The notes beneath the pieces are model-generated. The model searched no databases, was not told where the DNA came from, and was given only the letters and a program-made list of their open reading frames with translations. A program made the position numbers and the translations under genes. From positions 544,001 to 608,000 of the forward strand of contig JBFWLW010000001.1 of NCBI GenBank assembly GCA_050251945.1: 64,000 nt of DNA, in the 5' to 3' direction. Positions 17,942-27,732 of this stretch are shown piece by piece. The stretch's first letter is position 1. Each line of letters opens with the position of its first letter. Source of the DNA: Deferribacterales bacterium (lineage in GTDB: Bacteria > Chrysiogenota > Deferribacteres > Deferribacterales > Geovibrionaceae).

Positions 17942-18255
17942 AATAAACTCCATTTCTTTTTATTCTCTTCCGGAGCGATAAACTCATTTCCGGTATACAG
18001 CGCTCTTTCTTCAAACATTGCAGACTTATATGATTGCCCGTTCAGCATCCGCCTTATAACAGCCAAATGTACACTAAGAGGAATAATCGCAAGATGTGGC
18101 GGATGTCTTTGACTATCTTCAAATAATGCCTGCCATTCCTCAATATTCTCAACAGCTTCTCTCTTCGATGCATTTCTGATAAAAGTGTCAATGAGACTGA
18201 TTGACACAGCTCTATATGCCTCACACTGGTTCTTATATGATGCTGCTGTTTTCAT
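17938..18255 (-). CDS. Hypothetical protein
   Basis: Overlaps both neighbours in the operon. Confidence 0.5.
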   Translation of the reverse strand: MKTAASYKNQCEAYRAVSISLIDTFIRNASKREAVENIEEWQALFEDSQRHPPHLAIIPLSVHLAVIRRMLNGQSYKSAMFEERALYTGNEFIAPEENKKKWSLL

Positions 18256-18484
18256 TTGTCCCCATAATCGTTGTCAGCATTCCCCTTCCCTTTGGGCTTA
18301 ACGAAAAATACAATATACCGCCCTTTTCCGATGCAGTTATAAGCCCTTCTTTGCGCAGATTATGAAAGCAAACCCATGTGGACATGATGCATGCCTTATG
18401 GATCTCCGTTGTCAACTCATCGAAGGACAATTCCGTAGTCTCCAGAACAAGTGCGACTTTCTGCATCTCATGCGACATTATCAT
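18233..18484 (-). CDS. Small winged-helix protein
   Basis: LSFDELT...LRKEGLI......YFSLSPKG wHTH-like pattern. Confidence 0.5.
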   Translation of the reverse strand: MIMSHEMQKVALVLETTELSFDELTTEIHKACIMSTWVCFHNLRKEGLITASEKGGILYFSLSPKGRGMLTTIMGTNENSSII

Positions 18485-18813
18485 GCAAGTTCCTTGGCTC
18501 GTTTGTACTCTTTAAAGCCGCATTTTTTATGAATCTTTGCGACTACCCTATCCAGCTCTCTGGCTTTATCGTAAAACTCCTGAATAAGACTCGTTACTTC
18601 CTCAGCTGAATATCCTTCCTGAAACAACCTTGTCTTCAGCGTGCTTATCGCGATATCAGCTTGTGACATTATCAGATAAAGGATGTGGCTCTCCGGAGTA
18701 CGTGTTAACATCACTTTTGAATCGGGGCGTTTTGCCATCTCAAGTTTGCGATCCAGAGTGTTTTGCCTGTGTGCCTGCTTATCCTTTTTATTCAGTGAAT
18801 TATTTTCTGCCAT
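18481..18813 (-). CDS. Hypothetical helical protein, weakly AcaB/DUF1845-like
   Basis: PES..LY..MSQAD.AI..L...L...G.S.EE pattern and tra-operon context; weak similarity only. Confidence 0.35.
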   Translation of the reverse strand: MAENNSLNKKDKQAHRQNTLDRKLEMAKRPDSKVMLTRTPESHILYLIMSQADIAISTLKTRLFQEGYSAEEVTSLIQEFYDKARELDRVVAKIHKKCGFKEYKRAKELA

Positions 18814-19504
18814 AGCCTTTCTCCATAGTTTTCTTTTTATTTTCCGACCTGAAGTAAAATACCCAGCAAGCCGCTATATAAGCGATACATATGAAAAAGA
18901 TCCAAAGAGAGCTTGAAATAAGCACTTCTTTTGCATCCTGAATCCAGTAGAAGATCTTCGTGCGGATATCTGCGGGGATGAAACCGAGTTTATCAAGAAC
19001 GATGTATACATTCCGCTCAGTAAAAACCATGAAATAAAGAAGGTGATATACGATAACTGACAACATTGCTTTGATTATGCTGCCGATGCTCACTCCTGTG
19101 TACAGATTTGCGAGCATCCGTTTTGTTATTTCTCCTGCATTGAATGTTGCCGCATATCCGTAAAAAAAGACATATGCAAGGCTGAACATAAGCGTTACGG
19201 CAAATATATAGACAGTATCAAGCATGGTTCGCTCCGCGTGTCCGAAGAGATGTACTTTGTCCATAAGAACGCCCATCAGCACCGGCATAAAAAGTATCGT
19301 GAAAAGACCGCCGTGCAACACACTTTTAAATCCAAGCATGAAGTATTCCATCTGCATATCGAGCGTGAAATAGTCTTTTGGGATATTACTTCCGCCGGAC
19401 TCCGCAACTGAATATCTCTGGATTTCAGATACAGCCTCAAGCATATTCAACGGTTTATGCCTTTCGCCGCCGACTTCAACAGGAACAACAGTTTCGTTGC
19501 TCAT
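18800..19504 (-). CDS. Multi-TM membrane protein of the conjugative region (start revised to 19504)
   Basis: About four TM helices; ATGA overlap with the upstream gene. Confidence 0.65.
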   Translation of the reverse strand: MSNETVVPVEVGGERHKPLNMLEAVSEIQRYSVAESGGSNIPKDYFTLDMQMEYFMLGFKSVLHGGLFTILFMPVLMGVLMDKVHLFGHAERTMLDTVYIFAVTLMFSLAYVFFYGYAATFNAGEITKRMLANLYTGVSIGSIIKAMLSVIVYHLLYFMVFTERNVYIVLDKLGFIPADIRTKIFYWIQDAKEVLISSSLWIFFICIAYIAACWVFYFRSENKKKTMEKGYGRK

Positions 19505-19707
19505 AAAGCCCCCCGGAAGAACGCATAAACGGAATATCCTACAGCCACCGCAACAGAAGCTAAAACACAAACTCCACCCGCTCTGGGAATCCTGCGTTTA
19601 AACGTTAACCACCCGCCGAGAAGAAACAGTAAAACGGCTATCAATACCGCTACGTTGCCCGAAAAACTTTTAAAAATTATTTCCGTAAATCTGGCATAGC
19701 TTTCCAT
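19501..19707 (-). CDS. Small two-TM protein, pilin (TraA/VirB2)-like
   Basis: AGGAG RBS before ATG 19707; two hydrophobic helices joined by KRRIPR. Confidence 0.4.
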   Translation of the reverse strand: MESYARFTEIIFKSFSGNVAVLIAVLLFLLGGWLTFKRRIPRAGGVCVLASVAVAVGYSVYAFFRGAL

Positions 19708-19715
19708 GTGTACTC

Positions 19716-21875
19716 CTATTGTTCCGTACTGCTGCAAATCATATCTTTAACTGCATCCGTGATTGAGCTGAAAAGACTTATTACTTCATTGAAACTGTTC
19801 GTACATGCGCAGCCTGATAAAAGTGTTTCAGATGCACTGTCATAGGGACACGTTCTTGCTCCGGTGGAGTAATCAGTACCGCATGGACGTTGTTCTTGCA
19901 CCACTGCAGAGGTGTCAGAACGTGTTTCCTGATCAGGAAACACCGTTGTGTCCTGATTCCCGGTTTGTACAGTACATGTATATGAACAGGTCTCATAGCT
20001 ATCAAAATCCAGCTTCACGTTGCCTGAAGCAACTCCGTCTTCCGTGATATAGCTGAAATCGCCGGAATCTTTATCAAGCGTCCCGCCAACCATATCTGCC
20101 TGTGCCTTTGCCCCTGAAAAATCGTATGAAGTGCCATCTTGGCACACATAAGTGCGCTTAATTGAAAACCACTCAAGACCGTCATTTTTTGATGAAACTA
20201 TCTCAGTGGAATTAGACGAAATTGCTTGAAAGCTATTACCTGAATCACAGAGCATAAACTGATTATAAGTAGCTGAAACAGTCTTACAGACACTCTGTGG
20301 AGATATGTTCATTTGGGTATAGTTTACAATAGTGTCAGTATCATTGACAATTTCGCTTTCTAACCTGCAATCCGAGTCCTGCGCTAAAGCCGCACATGAA
20401 TTATTTCTGGAGATATGAACCGTTTCATTTCTTGTCATAGTAAGCATCATAGAAGTGTAAGAGTTATTGGCAGTACCGTATTTCCCTACATCAGCGTAAT
20501 GAGATAATTGACAAACAGATTCTGAACAAGAAATAGAATAATAAAGAAGCGCACTTACTGTACCACCATCTGAACCCCAACTTACTTTTACAGTGGCACC
20601 AGAACTCTGATCTCCGCCAGAGTAATTGTTCAATATTACGGACTGCCATCCATTTGATGAATCATAATCACATCGAAAATAGCTTTCTCCCTGTAATTCA
20701 CAATCCAGTTTAAAACGTACTTTTTCACCACGCCCGTCGCCATCTTCATCAATACACTGATAATGTTCAGTAAATTGCCTATCTGAATACCCTGTTCGTT
20801 GAACTATCTTTGTTGTGACACCACTGGGAGTACACCAGTATTCAGCTGTACTACCAGTCTCAACAATCGGGGTATTAGTAATTGAACATTCATGGACTGA
20901 AGCTGTTTTATTCGTCTGAGAAATCATTGTGTTATACATACTATCAGAATCTGCCATCTGCTCTGTCAGTTTATCGTCGTAATCAATATTTCCGGTCTGA
21001 TAGAAGCTCTTCAGCTCGTCAACAGTATCATCTGACAAATCAGTACACGAAGCCGCAGAAGCGGCGTAATATTTGACTGACAGAGTGGACACGTCAACAT
21101 CTGTGTTAGTGAGCGCCAATCCCAATTCTGACATCATGTGCCCGGTGAGTGCGCCGCCGAAATAGCTCAACGCGTTATGAAATACTCCGTTAAAACTGCT
21201 ACCACATGACGCGTTGGAACAGAAACAGCCACCGGCGTGGCGCATTTCTGTAACACTTCTCTGAAATGCCAGAGTTTTATTATCAGAAGGCTTGCATACG
21301 CCGGAACACGCCGCATCACATTCTCTGTATGTGTTGTATTCAGTCCCGCCGTTGCATTTATGCTTAATGCCGAATTCGTAGTATTTGCAGTTCTGAAATG
21401 TTCCGGGAGTACAACTGACATACCCATTTGTACAGAATCCCGATATATTTGATGTTGTAAAACTTGTGTCCGCGGTGCCGTCCAAGTCAGTGTCGTATGT
21501 AATTTTAAGGCTGACTTCGCCGCCTGCAGGAAAAGTATACGGCTGCACTGTTACAGCCTCGGTTGACGACGTACACTGGAGTTTCGCGTCAAAAGAATAA
21601 ATCACACACGACTGAGAACAGGCGGCAGCACATTCACTCTGAGTTTCATACGCTGTGTCTTTATCCTGGCATTTCCATGATTCCTGCAAAGTGTTCATTT
21701 TAACGCCCTCGCCAACAAGAGGGTTATACAGTTTAGTTTTTATGTTTGATTGGCTCGAATATGTATCAGAAAGGGATTTACCGATAGTTTTACCGCTATT
21801 TGTCGCGTCGGATTTATCATCCGCATATGAAAAAAAAGGCAAAAATAACAGCGCACACACCAGAATGTATTTCAT
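19716..21875 (-). CDS. Large secreted Cys-rich protein, TraN N-terminal-like mating-pair protein
   Basis: Signal peptide; ISGFCTNGYVSC.PGT..NC, GGCFCSN.SCG; next to TrbC/TrhF/TraN. Confidence 0.6.
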   Translation of the reverse strand: MKYILVCALLFLPFFSYADDKSDATNSGKTIGKSLSDTYSSQSNIKTKLYNPLVGEGVKMNTLQESWKCQDKDTAYETQSECAAACSQSCVIYSFDAKLQCTSSTEAVTVQPYTFPAGGEVSLKITYDTDLDGTADTSFTTSNISGFCTNGYVSCTPGTFQNCKYYEFGIKHKCNGGTEYNTYRECDAACSGVCKPSDNKTLAFQRSVTEMRHAGGCFCSNASCGSSFNGVFHNALSYFGGALTGHMMSELGLALTNTDVDVSTLSVKYYAASAASCTDLSDDTVDELKSFYQTGNIDYDDKLTEQMADSDSMYNTMISQTNKTASVHECSITNTPIVETGSTAEYWCTPSGVTTKIVQRTGYSDRQFTEHYQCIDEDGDGRGEKVRFKLDCELQGESYFRCDYDSSNGWQSVILNNYSGGDQSSGATVKVSWGSDGGTVSALLYYSISCSESVCQLSHYADVGKYGTANNSYTSMMLTMTRNETVHISRNNSCAALAQDSDCRLESEIVNDTDTIVNYTQMNISPQSVCKTVSATYNQFMLCDSGNSFQAISSNSTEIVSSKNDGLEWFSIKRTYVCQDGTSYDFSGAKAQADMVGGTLDKDSGDFSYITEDGVASGNVKLDFDSYETCSYTCTVQTGNQDTTVFPDQETRSDTSAVVQEQRPCGTDYSTGARTCPYDSASETLLSGCACTNSFNEVISLFSSITDAVKDMICSSTEQ

Positions 21876-22630
21876 CTGTAATACCCGTCTGACCTGAGCA
21901 TTTCTATCAATGTCGCGGCGGAATCTGCACCTGCCGCTTTGAAATGTTCGAGAACATACTCAAGGGTTGTATCTCCTGATAATTTCAGGAAATCATTTTC
22001 AGAAAGTTTTTCGCCTTTTGAAGCCATCATCATTATCTCTGAGTAAGGCTTTTTGGACATGACGAACGCCGGAACAGCCTTTATTGAAAAGGTACGGAAC
22101 AAATAAGGGTTCAGATCGGTGCGCACAATCATACAGTCAACGTTCTCTTCCTTCAGCTCATCAACGTTCTTTCCGCATGAGATTCTTGTCAGCAGATTTA
22201 CAGTCGGCATGATATAACTGATACTTCCAACAGTTCCGTTAAGCACCATAGTTGCCGGAGGAATGTTTTTGAGTTGCGATGCATAATACCTGAGTGTTTC
22301 TTCGGGCATCGATGAGCTTATAAAGACATAAAGTTCGATATCGCCAAGGTTTTTCTGTTCATAGCACGTTTCCTCAGGTTCATCGTATCCGAACCCCTCT
22401 GTCAGCTTGCTCTTCCATGTCTTAACGCTATCCAGCAATTCAGGCATCCCGTCTTTTTCAAAATCGCTGACCTTCTTTTCAATCGCAGAATCTTTGATTA
22501 TAGGAATTTCAATAGGTTCTGCTTTTTTGAGGTCATGAAGTTTTTTTACCAGATCTGGATTGAGGCTCTGCGGTTCTTCCGCAAAAGCTCTAAAACACAG
22601 GAGTAACAGTACCAATAATATTTTTTTCAT
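21872..22630 (-). CDS. trbC: F-type conjugative pilin assembly protein TrbC
   Basis: LYVFISSSMPEETLR.Y...VLNG...LNPYLFRTFSI.AVPAFV...GDTTLEYVLEH. Confidence 0.85.
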   Translation of the reverse strand: MKKILLVLLLLCFRAFAEEPQSLNPDLVKKLHDLKKAEPIEIPIIKDSAIEKKVSDFEKDGMPELLDSVKTWKSKLTEGFGYDEPEETCYEQKNLGDIELYVFISSSMPEETLRYYASQLKNIPPATMVLNGTVGSISYIMPTVNLLTRISCGKNVDELKEENVDCMIVRTDLNPYLFRTFSIKAVPAFVMSKKPYSEIMMMASKGEKLSENDFLKLSGDTTLEYVLEHFKAAGADSAATLIEMLRSDGYYR

Positions 22631-23054
22631 CTAAAAAACCCCATATACGAGAATCGTAACTTCTGAAATGTGTTCCGGTCATGAAATATTTTCCGGAAGG
22701 GACAGCTCCATTGAAATAGAATTTCATATTCTTTGGATCACGGCGTATTGCAACGAGAACGCCATCGCAATAAAAGGCGTTATCATCACTTGACAAGTGA
22801 TTGCCACTAACACAGGCAATTTTTTTCACTAGCTTCGCATCTTCAGGTAAAATGTTAAGCGGATCCGCCTGACTCCTAAAAAGTATATAATCCCCTTCAT
22901 GAAATTCCCTCTTTGACTTATTAATGACATAGAGGGTAAATGGCACCGATTTTGTGATATTCACCCCGATGTTACTCAACGTCATGTACATAATCAAATA
23001 CCCCCCCCCTATCAAAGCAGTAATAAACAACAGTCGTTTTTTCACTGATTTCAT
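22590..23054 (-). CDS. S26-family conjugative signal peptidase (TrhF-like)
   Basis: NITKSVP (Ser), LVKKIAC (Lys), SYDSRIWG. Confidence 0.85.
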   Translation of the reverse strand: MKSVKKRLLFITALIGGGYLIMYMTLSNIGVNITKSVPFTLYVINKSKREFHEGDYILFRSQADPLNILPEDAKLVKKIACVSGNHLSSDDNAFYCDGVLVAIRRDPKNMKFYFNGAVPSGKYFMTGTHFRSYDSRIWGFLDEKNIIGTVTPVF

Positions 23055-26014
23055 TGGCTTACCCCTGTGGGCAGAGTTATATTCTCAAAGGTCTCTTTGA
23101 TGTTATTTGTGATGTTCTCGTTAAGCTCCGGGACAACATACTCTTCTATCCATTCATCAAAGCTGATTTTACTGAAATCCAGTTTTTGAAACTCTTCCGG
23201 AGTGAATCCGCGACAATTCGGTGCTTTTGCGCTACCCCAACCGATATCAAGCTGAGGTCTGCCCTGCTCAATTATGATCCTTGCAAGCGCACTGCCGAAA
23301 CAGCAGTAAGTCTTTTTCTTTTGCACACACACGCCGACCCATTTTTCAGAGCAATATTCCCCCACTTCATGGCACTGTCCATCAAGTTTTCCCCAGCTCC
23401 GCAGAGATGAAAGCATTTGTTCCTTCGGATTGCATTTCGCAAGTCCGAGCCAATCCTTTTTCTTCTTACAACAATCAGAAAATCCTGTCTGCGCTCCGGG
23501 TTTCCGGCATCTGTTGTCGTTGCCGTTGAATATATAAATACTTCCCAAACAATTGCCTTCATCGTCTGTTTCTCCATCGGCAAGGATATCGTTTGCTCCT
23601 TCAGTGGTATCATCATTCGTGTAATTTGATTCATCCGTTGCGTTGTAGCATGGATATTTACTGCACTTCCACTGCCCGCCAGTCTCAATACATGGCTGAC
23701 CGTTGTAAGGACATGCATACCCGGTAAGGCATTGGTTCTGCGCGGAATTATAGCTTCCGCTTGAACATGTTGGATTGTTTTCACACAGTTTTAGAGAGGA
23801 ATTGTATGTGTAGTCCGTGGCACAGGTTATAGTCGGCAACTGTGCGCACTTGTCGATTGTGCTTGAATAACTTCCCGCTGAACAACTTGGCGCGAGTTCA
23901 CATTTATCCGTTGAGGCGTTAAACGTATAACCCGCCGAACAAAGTGCCGCAGCATAGAGTATACATGTATCCAGTGTAGCGTCATATACTCCGGACGAGC
24001 AAACTGGAGCTGAGTAACACACATTCCCACTCATTGCATAACCATTTGGGCATGATGAAGCAACTGTAAGAGCGCATTTGTCAGTTGCTGTGTTGAGTAG
24101 TCCACCTGAGCCACACGTTGGCGAAGAGACGCACATATTCAGTGCTGAATCATACGATGTACCTGATATGCAGTCTTTTGTTGTAGATATCTCACAGCGA
24201 TTTGTAGAATTGTTATATACCCCGCCACCGGAGCAAACAGGGGCGCTGATGCATTGTGAGCCTGATGCCGTAGTTCCGGCTGCGCATCCTGCTGCAAGAC
24301 ATGATGCTGCCTGCACACATGATGAGCCATTATATGTATAACCAGTTGGGCAGGTATCATCAACCCATTGCCCTAATTTAACATCAGTTAATGCCGTACC
24401 ACTTGCTAAATGATATTGCATATGGACAGAACCATCTGCTGCGTACCACCAAACAGTGTAAGCTCCTCCAGAATACGTTTCGGTATAAGAACTGCCACGA
24501 TTTACTGTGTATAAAGATTCTCCTGGTAGTGTTTTTATTATTACTACTGACTCAGAACCGGTTAACTCGACATTATCAATTTGTGCTGATGATACAACAA
24601 AACCGCCAATACTTGGCACTGACGTATAACATTTACTGATACATGAGGTGCTTGAACTGTAAAGAGTTCCGGTTACTGAACATGTGTAATTATTCGATGC
24701 CTCACACCTGTCCGCACTTGAGTTAAACGAACCTGTCAGACATGTTGGCGTTGAGATACATGTGCTACCAGATAAAGTGTAATCTACTGGGCAGCTTAAA
24801 GTTGCCGAAGCGAGACATTTGTTTTTGCTGGCATTATATGTTGTACCGCTCGGACAGACCGGTGCAGCTTCGCAAACTCCAGTTGAAGAATTGTATGTGT
24901 ATCCTGCGGAGCATGTGTATGTTACAGCAAACTCACACCGATCTGTAGATGTGTTATATGTTCCTGCGGAGCAATCAGGGGTTTTAACGCACCCGTTGTT
25001 CGTTGCATCATATGCGTATCCGGATGGGCAACTTCCTGTTCCAAGAATTACCTCACAGAGGTCTGTTGCTCCGTTCAGTATGCCGCCGGTCGCACATGTG
25101 GCAGACATCACACAACGTTCCAGCGATGAGTCGAAACTCATGTTTGCATGACAGAGTATATTTCTCGCTAACTCACATTTATCAGACGCTGTATTTAGAA
25201 CTCCCCCGCTGCCGCAACTCGAATTTGCCCACTCAGCATCACAGGTCGCCTGCGCCTGCGGGCAGAGATATCCGCCAGAGGTTCCCTCCGTACATTGGTA
25301 TATTTCAGTTGAGTCGGTGCAGAGATAGCATTTATCGGGATTATCAGTGCAATAAGAACTTATCATATCATCGGGTTCAACTTTCTCTGTTGGCATAGTC
25401 CCAGTAACACATCCAAGCTGTCCGTTGAATTCTACAAGAGCCGGATGGTTCATAGGCTGTCCGGAGTGTTCCCCGGTGTCACTCCATCTGCCTTCGCCAT
25501 CCATCAGAACCCAGTGTTCGCCGTAAACGGTAACGTTACCGATGTCGCTGCCGCTCACTGCGTTATCCGGCTGCCCAGAAGCCCAATTTCTGTGATTGAG
25601 CAAAGTACCGTCACGCCACTCAAAACGCGTGTCGCCTGTTGAACCCAGATTCTGGGTTTTGTCAGGATCGTACAACCCTATCCACGCCGATGAAGCTCCG
25701 CTGTAACTCACAATATGCTTCAGCAGTGTGTTTATATCTGCATTACGGACAATCGCTGAGGACTGAAAAGAAGTCCACGCCCCCTCGGTTTGCGTGAGCG
25801 CGTATGTCGTATTTGTTGAATTGTCATAGACAAAGTTTTTATATGACGAGCTGCATGTGCCACCGGAAGAAACCAGCTCTGTACAGCTTTCAGCGCATTG
25901 AGACTCGCAAAACGCCAGAGAATCATATGTTGCACCGTTATCCGAACAGAGCGCAGGCGCGCCGAACGAAACTGAGGCCCAAAGGAATATCAATAACAGT
26001 ATGGATTTTTTCAT
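23051..26014 (-). CDS. traN: TraN mating-pair stabilisation protein with N-terminal C-type lectin domain and Cys-rich repeat stalk
   Basis: Canonical TraN C-terminus (CHEVGEYCS...YCCFGSALARII.EQGRPQL..GWG....PNCRGFTPEEFQKLDFSKI); WIGL...W.DG...NW..GQPDN...E.WV.M...G.WSD. Confidence 0.88.
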   Translation of the reverse strand: MKKSILLLIFLWASVSFGAPALCSDNGATYDSLAFCESQCAESCTELVSSGGTCSSSYKNFVYDNSTNTTYALTQTEGAWTSFQSSAIVRNADINTLLKHIVSYSGASSAWIGLYDPDKTQNLGSTGDTRFEWRDGTLLNHRNWASGQPDNAVSGSDIGNVTVYGEHWVLMDGEGRWSDTGEHSGQPMNHPALVEFNGQLGCVTGTMPTEKVEPDDMISSYCTDNPDKCYLCTDSTEIYQCTEGTSGGYLCPQAQATCDAEWANSSCGSGGVLNTASDKCELARNILCHANMSFDSSLERCVMSATCATGGILNGATDLCEVILGTGSCPSGYAYDATNNGCVKTPDCSAGTYNTSTDRCEFAVTYTCSAGYTYNSSTGVCEAAPVCPSGTTYNASKNKCLASATLSCPVDYTLSGSTCISTPTCLTGSFNSSADRCEASNNYTCSVTGTLYSSSTSCISKCYTSVPSIGGFVVSSAQIDNVELTGSESVVIIKTLPGESLYTVNRGSSYTETYSGGAYTVWWYAADGSVHMQYHLASGTALTDVKLGQWVDDTCPTGYTYNGSSCVQAASCLAAGCAAGTTASGSQCISAPVCSGGGVYNNSTNRCEISTTKDCISGTSYDSALNMCVSSPTCGSGGLLNTATDKCALTVASSCPNGYAMSGNVCYSAPVCSSGVYDATLDTCILYAAALCSAGYTFNASTDKCELAPSCSAGSYSSTIDKCAQLPTITCATDYTYNSSLKLCENNPTCSSGSYNSAQNQCLTGYACPYNGQPCIETGGQWKCSKYPCYNATDESNYTNDDTTEGANDILADGETDDEGNCLGSIYIFNGNDNRCRKPGAQTGFSDCCKKKKDWLGLAKCNPKEQMLSSLRSWGKLDGQCHEVGEYCSEKWVGVCVQKKKTYCCFGSALARIIIEQGRPQLDIGWGSAKAPNCRGFTPEEFQKLDFSKISFDEWIEEYVVPELNENITNNIKETFENITLPTGVSQ

Positions 26015-27732
26015 TAGCTCTCCTCCCCGTATTTCGGCTTGACTGTTACGATTTCTTTAAGGATGCCGCTTTTTCGGCTCTCAAGTTCTGATACATCCCC
26101 GAACGCCTCGGAGACCAAAGGAGTATAAAATGCTTTCTTAAATGAAGAGCCGTCTTTAAATTCAACGGTAAATGGTGCGGAGAAATAGCCGTTTTTAATC
26201 AAACCATCGGCGATGAGCCTGCGTTCACGGAGCATCTCCGTTACAGTAAAAAGATAATTACGCCGCTGATCCTGATCCGCATCGGCAAGAAGGACTTCCT
26301 CATGAAATGATTCCCTTGAGAGCTTTTTCAGGATTTTCCAAAGTAGGTCAGTTTGAAAATAAACAACATTATCCGGCATACTGAAAGCGTCAAAACGTTT
26401 TCCGTTTATAACGTTAATCTTGCTGTCCAGTTCAACAATGAACTTATCAATATCAAGCCAGGACAGTTCTGCCTCTGAAGGTCGCTTTTCGTCTTGTGTT
26501 TCCACTACCGTGCCAAAAATTCTATCAGACTGCTGAGACTGCTTGTTATGTTCTTGTGGCGCATACACGTCTGCTACATCAAGCTGCGGAAGAACCGAAG
26601 CAAGTTCCTTTCTCCTGGCATTTCTGTCTGCTTCTCGCAGCAGATCTGCTAACTCTCCCCCGCCGGTTCTGTGATGACTTAAAATAGCCGTCTCAACATC
26701 AGTTTTATATGAAAGCTCCGAAAAACCTTCTATCCCGTTCAGAAGCAAAACCGATATCCGTGGATGGTCCCCCATTGAATACATGGCCTTGTCCAGTGCC
26801 TCTGACTTACCGATATCATGCCCAAACGCAGCAAGCAGAAGCTGTGCAGAATATGCTCCGGGATTTTTAACAAGTTTAAGGACCTCTTCTGCAACATTCA
26901 GAGAATGCCGCCAAAGATACACTTTTGAGAGAGCAGCATATGTGGACGGCTCTGAATACGGATTTACGTCCGTGCTACGGTTAACAACAGATGGACAGTC
27001 GCCCTTTTCATCAAGCAGCCTCATCACAGCTTCAATGATTTTTTCAGCCGGTAATCCAGCAACGTGATTCTTATAGAACAGAGTGAAATCATATTTATTA
27101 AAAACTATTTCCGCTTGTTTTTGTATTTGCTCCGGTTTGTTTTCTGTCAGGTTGCGGATATCCGCGACCTGCTTTTTTCCTGTCCATAGACCTGAAAGCG
27201 TTTCCAGAGCTATCTGCTGTTTGTCTTCTTTTTTTTTGATTTCAGCTTTAGGATTTGCAATCACGATTATGATGAACAAAATTGTCAAAGAAAACCAAAC
27301 GGGGCAAAATCCATTAAAGACCCCTGCAATAAAAATCACCCCAATCATAATGCCGGCAAAGACAACCTCGGATATCTTTCCAGTTCTTGCCTCTTTAAGA
27401 CCGTAACCGGCTTTCAGAGGATTGATGAACGGAACGCCCGATACAGTTAAAGCGTCCGCATAAATATGCAGGAGAGCGCCGATTAAAAAGAAATAAACAA
27501 AAGACATGCCGAAATATGCGGAAATCAGAATTGAAAATATATAAATAAGCCACCAATGGCTTGTTTTACGATGAACTTTTTTCCAAAGAGTTTCATTGCC
27601 CATGGAGATAAACCTGTCGATAACATCAGGCAGAACAGACCCTGCCGTAAGTGCGCCTATTATCGCAAAATCATATTTTGCCGTTGCAAAGCCATAAACG
27701 GCGCCGATAGCAATGTGACTTTTCCATTTCAT
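26014..27732 (-). CDS. Fusion of YdjM-like membrane metal-dependent hydrolase and HD domain (MOBH relaxase-like)
   Basis: SH...GSVLPD.ID...HRKTSH...HIYADALT.SGVP; then HSLNVAE...HDIGKS...H...SHH...AD; directly downstream of traD. Confidence 0.7.
   Translation of the reverse strand: MKWKSHIAIGAVYGFATAKYDFAIIGALTAGSVLPDVIDRFISMGNETLWKKVHRKTSHWWLIYIFSILISAYFGMSFVYFFLIGALLHIYADALTVSGVPFINPLKAGYGLKEARTGKISEVVFAGIMIGVIFIAGVFNGFCPVWFSLTILFIIIVIANPKAEIKKKEDKQQIALETLSGLWTGKKQVADIRNLTENKPEQIQKQAEIVFNKYDFTLFYKNHVAGLPAEKIIEAVMRLLDEKGDCPSVVNRSTDVNPYSEPSTYAALSKVYLWRHSLNVAEEVLKLVKNPGAYSAQLLLAAFGHDIGKSEALDKAMYSMGDHPRISVLLLNGIEGFSELSYKTDVETAILSHHRTGGGELADLLREADRNARRKELASVLPQLDVADVYAPQEHNKQSQQSDRIFGTVVETQDEKRPSEAELSWLDIDKFIVELDSKINVINGKRFDAFSMPDNVVYFQTDLLWKILKKLSRESFHEEVLLADADQDQRRNYLFTVTEMLRERRLIADGLIKNGYFSAPFTVEFKDGSSFKKAFYTPLVSEAFGDVSELESRKSGILKEIVTVKPKYGEES

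Noticed and set aside
23700..25270. Repetitive tract as a CRISPR array or DNA tandem repeat
   Set aside because: The repetition is at protein level (Cys-rich units of TraN); there are no identical DNA repeats with spacers and no cas genes.
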